This document shows, piece after piece, positions 1 to 7,627 of a DNA stretch of 32,000 nucleotides. Position numbers and translations under genes: made by a program. Source of the stretch: Candidatus Saccharimonadota bacterium (GTDB lineage Bacteria; Bacteroidota; Bacteroidia; Cytophagales; Amoebophilaceae); the NCBI RefSeq assembly GCF_965196625.1, contig NZ_OZ239769.1, positions 1,080,001 through 1,112,000 on the forward strand. The letters are read 5' to 3'. How positions within the stretch are numbered: position 1 is the stretch's first letter; each line of letters opens with the position of its first letter. The notes under the pieces were generated by a model that searched no databases, was not told where the DNA came from, and was given only the letters and a program-made list of their open reading frames with translations.

Positions 1-2
1 AA

Positions 3-473
3 CGTGTAGCGCACATAAAAGCAAAAATGCCTACCTGTTGCATAGGTGTAGATGTACTCGTTGGATTTCCAGGTGAAACAGAAGAAGATTTCTTAGAAAG
101 CTATCATTTTTTAAATGCATTACCTATTGCCTATATACATGTCTTTCCTTATTCAGAAAGAGCGCATACAAAAGCAGCCAGCATGGCTGAGGTCGTTCCT
201 CAAAAAGAGCGTGTAAAACGGGCCAGAATGTTGCGCATCCTTTCGGAAAAAAAGCTCAGCCACTTTTATAGGCAACATTTAGGCCATACCGCTACGGTTT
301 TATTTGAATATGGGGCAAATGATGGCGTTATAGAAGGGTTTACAGAGAATTATATTCGGGTCCAATTGCCCCATCAAGAAGCACTAGCCAATAGACTTTG
401 TAAAGTACTACTCAAAGCAATCAATGCAGAAGGAATGGTTGTGCCAGAATTATGTACATCCACTTCCTTCTAA
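3..473 (+). CDS. mtaB: 3' part of a MiaB/MtaB-family radical-SAM tRNA methylthiotransferase. The 5' end lies outside the window.
   Basis: The frame stays open from nt 3 to the listed ATG at 27, so the ORF enters from upstream. 'VDVLVGFPGETEEDF' and 'HVFPYSERAHTKAA' match the conserved end of the radical-SAM core of this family. 'ATVLFEYGANDGVIEGFTENYIRVQL' fits its C-terminal TRAM domain. Confidence 0.75.
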   Translation, partial: RVAHIKAKMPTCCIGVDVLVGFPGETEEDFLESYHFLNALPIAYIHVFPYSERAHTKAASMAEVVPQKERVKRARMLRILSEKKLSHFYRQHLGHTATVLFEYGANDGVIEGFTENYIRVQLPHQEALANRLCKVLLKAINAEGMVVPELCTSTSF

Positions 474-559
474 GAGACTGCAGTTAGCGGCCATGGAAGA
501 AGCGCTTCATGCTCCTCTACTTTTACAAAATCAAGCGTTTTTATAAACTTTATAAACTG

Positions 560-2329
560 CTATTGCAACGAATGGATGCCATTGAACTGTAATTTACACA
601 TATTTGCATAGAGGGGGCTAGTCTTTAAAAGGGTTTCATGCGATCCATTTGCAATGATTTTTCCATTATTAAATACCAGCACGCGATCCATTGCAGCCAA
701 AACCGTCAACCTATGTGCGATCACAATAGTTGTTTTACCAGCCATAATCATAGAAAGGCTTTCTTGAATTTCAGTTTCTGTAACGGCATCCAATGCAGAA
801 GTAGCCTCATCTAGTATTAAGATAGGCGCATCTTTTAATATAGCACGTGCAATAGCGATGCGTTGGCGTTGCCCACCTGAAAGCTTTGATCCCCTTTCAC
901 CGACAAATGCATGGTATCCTTGCGCTAAACGCATAATAAAGTCGTGACACTTTGCTTTTTGAGCAGCCGCAATGACTTCATCATCGGTTGCTTCTTTACG
1001 CCCATAACGAATATTTTCTAAAATGCTGCCATGAAAAAGCGTTGTATCTTGGGGTATAAGGGAAATGGCTGCACGCAATGACTCCTGGGTAACCGTAGCG
1101 ATATCTTGTCCATCAATTGTAATCACACCCTGATCCAAATCAAAAAACCTGAGCAACAAATTAATAAAAGTAGTTTTACCACTACCAGATAAACCGACCA
1201 ATCCTACCTTCTCGCCGGGTGCAATCTCCATGTTTTGATTTTCAAATACAGGTTTGCCCGGCACATATGCAAAAGAGACTCCTTTAAAAGCAATAGCAGC
1301 CGACCGACATTGCAGTGCAGAAGCATCAGCTGCATCAAGCACCGCATGTTTTTTTTGTAATAACTTAAAAGCCTGCTTACAATAGCCAACTTCCTCAAAG
1401 AAATCAGGAAACTCTGCTACAGAAACCCAAACCAGATTACAAATATTATTACCAGCATAAAAAATATAAGTCAACTGAGCAATGGAAAGCTTACCAAGCT
1501 GCCAATAATAAACCATATAGGTGAGCATCCCTACACCCATAAAGCCAATTGAAAGGCCACTAATGATAAAATGAAGATGCATAATAAGCTTTAAAGCCTT
1601 TTCATGTGCCAGTTTTTCTGCAGCCTGCGGAGCAATCAAATGGGTGATTGCTTCCCTTTTTCGAGCAAAGAGTTTAATGCTTAAGATATTGGTAAAGCCA
1701 TCTACAATGCTACCAGATAAGCGACTGACTTTTTCTGCATGTAAGGCTACACCACGGCTGATCTTTTTTGAATAAAAAAGATAGGTAGCAGTATGCAATA
1801 TCAGCCAGACCATCAACAGCGCACCAAAAGTAGGCTGTATATAGGCAAAGGAAAACACACCAGCCAACATGGTACAAAATGTGGGCAAAAATGATGAAAT
1901 GACAATCATGATGACTTGGCTAATGCCATCTGTTAAGTCATTGACCCGTTTAAGCAAATCACCAGAGAAATGCTCTGTAAAAAACTGATAGGAATGACCT
2001 TGCAAATAACGGACGATAGCCATGCGTACCTTAGCTTCAAAAGCAGGAATAGTCCTGATTTTCATATAGTCAAATAGACGGAATAAAAGTTCTATCAGCA
2101 CGATTACACCCAATAGGGCCATCAGTGGCAAGGCGACCTTTATCCAAACGCCTGTTCGATGGTCAGCCAATTCTGTAAGCCGTGTAACGAGTATCTTAAA
2201 GGCATAGGGCACTACTAAGTTATCGAGTACAAAACACATGCGCAAACCAGCCATAGCAATGAAATGCCATTTGTATTGACCTACAAAGTGTAAAATAAAA
2301 GTTTTGAGATTTTTAGTAATGGGTTGCAT
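560..2329 (-). CDS. Fused permease/ATPase ABC exporter (MsbA or multidrug-type half transporter)
   Basis: 589 aa. The N-terminal ~300 aa are hydrophobic and membrane-domain-like. They are followed by Walker A 'GLSGSGKTT', ABC signature 'LSGGQRQRIAIARA', Walker B 'ILILDEATSALD' and H-loop 'IAHRL'. Confidence 0.9.
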   Translation of the reverse strand: MQPITKNLKTFILHFVGQYKWHFIAMAGLRMCFVLDNLVVPYAFKILVTRLTELADHRTGVWIKVALPLMALLGVIVLIELLFRLFDYMKIRTIPAFEAKVRMAIVRYLQGHSYQFFTEHFSGDLLKRVNDLTDGISQVIMIVISSFLPTFCTMLAGVFSFAYIQPTFGALLMVWLILHTATYLFYSKKISRGVALHAEKVSRLSGSIVDGFTNILSIKLFARKREAITHLIAPQAAEKLAHEKALKLIMHLHFIISGLSIGFMGVGMLTYMVYYWQLGKLSIAQLTYIFYAGNNICNLVWVSVAEFPDFFEEVGYCKQAFKLLQKKHAVLDAADASALQCRSAAIAFKGVSFAYVPGKPVFENQNMEIAPGEKVGLVGLSGSGKTTFINLLLRFFDLDQGVITIDGQDIATVTQESLRAAISLIPQDTTLFHGSILENIRYGRKEATDDEVIAAAQKAKCHDFIMRLAQGYHAFVGERGSKLSGGQRQRIAIARAILKDAPILILDEATSALDAVTETEIQESLSMIMAGKTTIVIAHRLTVLAAMDRVLVFNNGKIIANGSHETLLKTSPLYANMCKLQFNGIHSLQ

Positions 2330-2351
2330 GCGTGGACAAAAAAAAATTATA

Positions 2352-2393
2352 CCACACTTTTGGGTTGATCAAAAAGTGTGCAAAAAATCAAGC
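2352..2393. repeat. Solo copy of repeat 'module 1' (CCAC(A)CTTTT..TTGATCAAAAAGTG..CAAAAAATCAAGC)
   Basis: 'ccacacttttgggttgatcaaaaagtgtgcaaaaaatcaagc' aligns with 22108-22149 and 28600-28641. It has a 9-bp stem, cacactttt (2353-2361) with aaaagtgtg (2372-2380). On the minus strand the stem is followed a few nt later by a T9 run (plus-strand A-run 2338-2346). It could therefore also act as a weak trxA terminator, 23 nt upstream of the ABC exporter start codon. Confidence 0.7.
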
Positions 2394-2492
2394 ACTGATG
2401 CATTTTTTTATTTTTTTCGTAGCATTGCCATATCGTTGAAGCGATCGTTTATAATCAAGTAAAATGTAGTGTGTAGAACTTTTCAGGTTAAT

Positions 2493-2819
2493 TTAAGATA
2501 AATATTTATCTAGTGCTTGTTGAATTTCCGAAATCGGAAGATTCCCCACCAAACGATTAACCGCTTCACCTTGATGAAAAAACAACATAGTAGGAATGGT
2601 AGCAATGGAATACCTAGCAGGTATTTGGCTATTTTCACTGATATTTAGCTTAGCAATAGCAGCTTTGCCTGTATACATCGCTGCAATTTGGTCTATAACG
2701 GGGGCAAGCTTTAAGCAAGGTCCACACCAAGGCGCCCAAAAGTCTACTAAAACAAGTGTATTCTGGCGAATGAGTGCATCAAATTGCGCATCTGTAACCT
2801 CTAGAATATTTTGATTCAT
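2493..2819 (-). CDS. trxA: Thioredoxin
   Basis: 108 aa with the canonical active site 'WAPWCGPC' and thioredoxin-fold length and spacing. Confidence 0.95.
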   Translation of the reverse strand: MNQNILEVTDAQFDALIRQNTLVLVDFWAPWCGPCLKLAPVIDQIAAMYTGKAAIAKLNISENSQIPARYSIATIPTMLFFHQGEAVNRLVGNLPISEIQQALDKYLS

Positions 2820-3022
2820 ACGTTAAAATCGTTTTACAACGGACACTGCCGGGAAATATTGCTTAAGAAAGGAAATATAAAAACTTTCCCTGCAATATAC
2901 AAAATTTTTAATTTACTGATAGGGTGCTAAACCCTTTCGCGTGCACCAACCAGTCTAACTTTAATTTAATATTTTTTTGATATAAGTGCACAAGAACTAT
3001 AATTTACATTAAATTTAACTAT

Positions 3023-3166
3023 TAGACCTCTTGCATAAGCTATTTATGATCAGCAATTTTTAGGAGAAACGCAGTCGAGCACCGCAGAATACTCAATGTA
3101 TTTGAGGAGCGTAGACAAGCTTCGACACCAAAATGGCCATTAGAAATAGGTTATGCAAGAGGTCTA
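3023..3166. repeat. 144-bp element bounded by perfect 16-bp terminal inverted repeats
   Basis: tagacctcttgcataa (3023-3038) is the exact reverse complement of ttatgcaagaggtcta (3151-3166). The spacer is 112 bp and has no ORF. The element lies 70 bp upstream of the first AAA/PD-(D/E)XK gene. Confidence 0.7.
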
Positions 3167-3236
3167 TTATAACATCAAACTTAAACTACTACAAATGGGT
3201 TTGTAATCTTACTAAGGTTGACTAAAATGATCTCAT

Positions 3237-5009
3237 ATGAATAAGTATAAATTACCAATTGGGGTGGATAACTTTTATAAGTTAGTCTCTAACGATTACC
3301 TCTTTTGTGATAAAACAGCCATGATTGCTGAGTTCCTAAAAAGTGGCAATGAGGTTACGCTTATTGCCCGCCCTCGTCGGTGGGGCAAGACCTTAAACAT
3401 CTCTATGCTACATCATTTTTTTGCTTCAGAGGTGAATGGGGTATCTACAGCAGGTGTATTTGATGATCTAGCAATTGGCCAGTTAGAAGGTGGTAGGTAC
3501 ATTAGGGAACATCAAGGCAAGCATCCGGTTATTATGATCAGCTTTAAGGATGTGAACGCAGATCGTTTTGAAGGGGCCTATAATGCGGTCTATGAATTGA
3601 TATTGGAGGTTTATAGTACCTATGCTTACTTATTGAAAAGTGATGCAATTAATGAAATACAGTTAAGACAATTACATACTATTCTCAATAAACAAGCCAA
3701 TCAGCAAGCATTAGAAAAATCCTTAAAGCTGCTCAGTCAATGCCTCTATCAACACCATGGACAGGCAGCATATATACTCATAGATGAATATGATACGCCC
3801 TTAAACAAGGCTTATGGTAATAAGGCATACTTGGATGCTATGGTCGCATTTATGCGCAACCTATTTAGTGCTGCTTTAAAAGGCAATACTACCCTAGAAA
3901 GAGGCGTGTTAACGGGTATATTGCGTATTTCTAAAGATAGTATGCTTTCTGGGTTGAATAATCTAGAAACTTACACCTTGCTGGACGAAGAATATAGTAG
4001 TTGTTTTGGTTTTAGTGAAGATGAAGTTTCTTATTTATTTAAAGAAAAAGGTCTTGCTACCTCCATGGAAGAAGTAAAGAATTGGTACAATGGCTATAAG
4101 GTAGGCGGCTTAGTGATGTATAATCCTTGGTCCATTATTTCATGCATCAATAAATCGGGTCGTTTTGATCTCTATTGGGTCAATACGGGTAACAATAACT
4201 TAATCAAACAGTTGATTCTTTCCTCTAATACGAGCATTAAAGAACAGTTCGAACCATTGATGTGCGGAGAAACATTAACGGTATCTATAGACAAGCATCT
4301 TTCTTTTGATCTGTTAGGTAGAGATGAAACTGCTTTTTGGAGCTTGCTATTATTTGCCGGCTATTTAACTTGGGAGAAAAGTAGTTTAAGTAGCAATAGT
4401 GATTTATATGATTGTGTCATTAGGATTCCTAATCATGAAGTACGCAGGCTCTATAACCGGTTTTTTGAGGAGTGGTTACTCGGGAAATTTCCTAGCCACG
4501 CTAACTATGAGACCTTTCTAGGTTATCTACTCATAGGCCAAGTAGATGCATTTACACGAGATTTAAGTGCTTACCTCCTACAAAGTGCTAGTTTTTTTGA
4601 TCTGCATTATAGCAAACAAGGTGAAAGCTTTTACCATGGTTTCGTCTTAGCTATGCTGGCTAGTGTCAGTGATAGATATTATATACGTTCCAATCGAGAA
4701 AGCGGTTTAGGGCGTTATGATCTTTTATTAATCCCTAAAAAAGAAGGTACAAAGGCAATTCTACTGGAGTTTAAACAGGTTCGGAAAGAAGAAGAACTGG
4801 AAAGTTCAGCTAAAATTGCTTTACAGCAGATACAAACGCAAGCTTATCATACCGAGCTATTGCAATACCCGCATGTTAAAGAAGTAGTGGAATGCGGTAT
4901 TGCTTTTTCTGGTAAATCGGTTTTAGCGGCCTATGCTACTTATGACATAATACGCAAGCAGTATGGTGAGGTTATTTTGACCAATAGATATGGTCAGGAA
5001 GAGGCATAG
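3237..5009 (+). CDS. AAA-ATPase-like domain fused to a PD-(D/E)XK nuclease domain (DUF1703-type architecture), paralogue 1
   Basis: 590 aa. It has the Walker A-like 'ARPRRWGKTL' (aa 44-53) and Walker B 'YILIDEYD' (aa 179-186). The C-terminal nuclease-like signature is 'GRYDLLLIP...AILLEFKQV', with the D...E-x-K pattern at D495, E511 and K513. It is roughly three-quarters identical by eye to the ORF at 22388-24166. Confidence 0.8.
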   Translation: MNKYKLPIGVDNFYKLVSNDYLFCDKTAMIAEFLKSGNEVTLIARPRRWGKTLNISMLHHFFASEVNGVSTAGVFDDLAIGQLEGGRYIREHQGKHPVIMISFKDVNADRFEGAYNAVYELILEVYSTYAYLLKSDAINEIQLRQLHTILNKQANQQALEKSLKLLSQCLYQHHGQAAYILIDEYDTPLNKAYGNKAYLDAMVAFMRNLFSAALKGNTTLERGVLTGILRISKDSMLSGLNNLETYTLLDEEYSSCFGFSEDEVSYLFKEKGLATSMEEVKNWYNGYKVGGLVMYNPWSIISCINKSGRFDLYWVNTGNNNLIKQLILSSNTSIKEQFEPLMCGETLTVSIDKHLSFDLLGRDETAFWSLLLFAGYLTWEKSSLSSNSDLYDCVIRIPNHEVRRLYNRFFEEWLLGKFPSHANYETFLGYLLIGQVDAFTRDLSAYLLQSASFFDLHYSKQGESFYHGFVLAMLASVSDRYYIRSNRESGLGRYDLLLIPKKEGTKAILLEFKQVRKEEELESSAKIALQQIQTQAYHTELLQYPHVKEVVECGIAFSGKSVLAAYATYDIIRKQYGEVILTNRYGQEEA

Positions 5010-5011
5010 AA

Positions 5012-7627
5012 TTAAGGGCATAAGAAACCTCTGGCTGTTTTTAATGCAGCGGGTATGCCTGCAGGGTTATCGCCTTTAGCGGTTGCAAAAAAAGATTGTC
5101 CGCCTCCTTTGCCGCGAATAAGGGGGGCTATGGACTGGATCAGTGCATGGGCATCGTTGCATGGCCCCAATGGGTCTGATGTCATAACCATCAGGTGGGC
5201 TTGCTGTTCAAATGTAGTGGCCAGTACGATGGCTATTTTCTGATATTCGGCCTTATAGTGCGATGCAATTTGTTTTAATGCATGGGGATGGGGCAGTTCC
5301 ACAGATTGGATCAATAGGTAGCCCTCATCCACCGGCTCCAATTGACTGGCAAGCTGTTGGATGACTTGTTGTACCGCTTGGGCTTGGTAAACAGCTACTT
5401 GTTTCTGGAGCTGTTTTTTTTCATATATCAACTTTTCTACGGCCTGCACGAGCGCTTTGGGCTGTTTGAGTAGCTCTGCTATAGTGGTTAAATCAGCAGA
5501 TTGCTGGGTTACAAAATGGTGGGCATGCGTAGCGGTTAAGGCTTCTATTCTGCGCACACCAGTACCTACAGCGGTTTCATGGATGAGCTTAAAAAAGCCA
5601 ATTTGTCCTGTACAAGCTACATGGGTACCGCCACAAAGCTCTATGGAATAGGTTGGGTCAAAAGCAATCACGCGCACTTCTGCACCATATTTCTCACCAA
5701 ATAGCGCTTGCGCCCCCATGGATTTAGCGGCTGCAATGGGCACGGAACGCTGCTCGATACAGGGAATGTTTTCTCTAATCTTTTGATTGACCATCGCTTC
5801 TACGGCTTCTATTTGGGCAGCAGATAACTTAACAGGATGGGCAAAATCAAACCGCAGTAGCGCTGGGGTTACCAAAGAACCTTTTTGAGTCACATGGCTC
5901 CCTACGACCTGTTTTAAGGCAGCTTGTAACAAATGGGTAGCGGTATGGTTGCCAGCGGCGAGGCGCCGTTGGGTGGGGTCTACAGAGGCTTCTACGGGAG
6001 CGTCCAGCTGAGTAGGAAACTCATCAACGGTATGGATGATTAACCCATGTTCTTTTTGTACGTCTAGCACTTGCATAACTTGGTTCCCAGATAGGATAAC
6101 GCCTATATCAGCTACCTGCCCCCCTCCTTCTGGATAAAAAGGTGTAGCAGCTAACACCAATTGGTAACGCACGCCTTGTTTATTGGTCAGGGTACGCCAT
6201 TGTACAATAGAGGTCGTCACGGTCAATTGGTCATAGCCTACAAACTGGGGGTGAAGGGTTGGTTGGAGGAGTTGCCAATCGCCTTGGCTGGTGGCGGCAT
6301 CTTTTTGAGAGCGCTTTTTTTGTGCTTGGAGGGCTTGTTGGAAACCGGCTTCATCTATAGTAAGTCCTTGCTCTTTGGCCATGAGTAGGGTGAGGTCTAA
6401 GGGAAAACCGTAGGTATCATAGATCTCAAAGGCGACACGGCCATCTATAACGCCCTGATGGATTTTGCTGGGGTCTAAGTGGTTAAAGAGGTGTAATCCC
6501 GTAGCCAATGTTTTTAAAAAGGCATTTTCTTCTGCTTGAATAAGTTGTTGGATGTAGTTTTGCTGGGTGGTCAAATTGGGATATACGCCTTCCATTTGTC
6601 CAGCTAAAACAGGAACCAATTGGTAGATAAAAGGGGTTTGTATGGCCAAATGGCTATACCCATAGCGGATGGCTCTGCGCAAGATACGGCGGATGACGTA
6701 ACCTGCTTTGGCATGGCTAGGGGCTTGCCCATCGGCAATGGCAAAGGCGACGGCGCGGAGGTGGTCTGCAATGACGCGCATGGCGACTGCAGTGGTTGCA
6801 CTTTGGTGATAGCTTTTACCGGATAGCGCTTCTATTTTTTGGATGAGTGGGGTAAAGATATCGGTATCATAGTTGGAGGTTTTGCCTTGTAATACCATTG
6901 CGAGCCGTTCAAAGCCCATACCGGTATCGATGTGTTGCTGGGACAGGTCGACGAGTTTGCCGGAGGCTTGTCGGTTGTATTGCATAAATACGAGGTTCCA
7001 AATCTCTATGACTTGGGGATGGCCTGTGTTGACCAATTGGGCAGCGGGTAGTTGTTTTTGTTCGGAGGTAGGTCTAATATCCAAATGGATTTCAGAACAG
7101 GGGCCACAGGGGCCTTGTGCACCCATTTCCCAAAAATTATCTTCTTTGGCAAAGGCAAGGATATGGGATGCAGGTAGGTATTTGGCCCAAATCGCAGCGG
7201 CTTCCTGGTCTTGGGGCAAGCGATCCTCTTCATCTCCGCCAAATATGGTTACATAGATCTGTTCTTTGGGCAGGTGATAGACTTCGGTGAGGAGTTCCCA
7301 TGCCCAGGAGATGGCTTCTTCTTTAAAGTAGTCTCCGAAGGACCAGTTGCCTAACATTTCAAAGAGGGTGTGGTGGTAGGTATCTACGCCTACTTCTTCG
7401 AGGTCATTGTGTTTACCGGAAACGCGCAAACAGGGTTGTGCGGTTACGACACGGGGGTGGGTAATGGGTTGGTTGCCTAAAATGATATCCTTAAAAGGAT
7501 TCATACCGGCATTGACAAAGAGCAAGGAAGGATCATCTTTGTTGACAATGGGCACAGCAGGCTGGTGTTGGTGCCTTTTTTGTATAAAAAATTCAAGAAA
7601 CTTTTCTCTTATATCTTTGGATTGCAT
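5012..7627 (-). CDS. alaS: Alanine--tRNA ligase
   Basis: 871 aa. The N-terminus 'IREKFLEFFIQKRHQHQPAVPIV' and 'FTNAGM'-type 'FVNAGMNPFKD' are typical. The editing-domain zinc motifs 'HTATHLL' and 'CGGTHV' are present, as is a C-terminal DHHA1-like 'GGGQ...A'. Confidence 0.97.
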   Translation of the reverse strand: MQSKDIREKFLEFFIQKRHQHQPAVPIVNKDDPSLLFVNAGMNPFKDIILGNQPITHPRVVTAQPCLRVSGKHNDLEEVGVDTYHHTLFEMLGNWSFGDYFKEEAISWAWELLTEVYHLPKEQIYVTIFGGDEEDRLPQDQEAAAIWAKYLPASHILAFAKEDNFWEMGAQGPCGPCSEIHLDIRPTSEQKQLPAAQLVNTGHPQVIEIWNLVFMQYNRQASGKLVDLSQQHIDTGMGFERLAMVLQGKTSNYDTDIFTPLIQKIEALSGKSYHQSATTAVAMRVIADHLRAVAFAIADGQAPSHAKAGYVIRRILRRAIRYGYSHLAIQTPFIYQLVPVLAGQMEGVYPNLTTQQNYIQQLIQAEENAFLKTLATGLHLFNHLDPSKIHQGVIDGRVAFEIYDTYGFPLDLTLLMAKEQGLTIDEAGFQQALQAQKKRSQKDAATSQGDWQLLQPTLHPQFVGYDQLTVTTSIVQWRTLTNKQGVRYQLVLAATPFYPEGGGQVADIGVILSGNQVMQVLDVQKEHGLIIHTVDEFPTQLDAPVEASVDPTQRRLAAGNHTATHLLQAALKQVVGSHVTQKGSLVTPALLRFDFAHPVKLSAAQIEAVEAMVNQKIRENIPCIEQRSVPIAAAKSMGAQALFGEKYGAEVRVIAFDPTYSIELCGGTHVACTGQIGFFKLIHETAVGTGVRRIEALTATHAHHFVTQQSADLTTIAELLKQPKALVQAVEKLIYEKKQLQKQVAVYQAQAVQQVIQQLASQLEPVDEGYLLIQSVELPHPHALKQIASHYKAEYQKIAIVLATTFEQQAHLMVMTSDPLGPCNDAHALIQSIAPLIRGKGGGQSFFATAKGDNPAGIPAALKTARGFLCP

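Noticed and set aside
499-508. 10-bp palindrome gaagcgcttc and the tandem 'tataaact' x2 (542-558) in the convergent mtaB/ABC spacer, considered as a bidirectional terminator.
   Set aside because: The palindrome leaves no loop and only about 4 usable bp, and there is no flanking T-run. That is too weak to call.
1204-1398. Short ORFs nested inside or antisense to large conserved genes. Examples are 1204-1398, 2596-2814, 5055-5243, 6873-7256, 12182-12496, 13310-13648, 21548-21898, 25302-25613, 26843-27154, 27607-28271, 29014-29292 and 30063-31299.
   Set aside because: All lie within long ORFs that carry unmistakable family motifs on the other strand or frame. Their translations are low-complexity or Cys/Trp/Arg-rich shadow-frame products with no motifs, so they are treated as non-coding.
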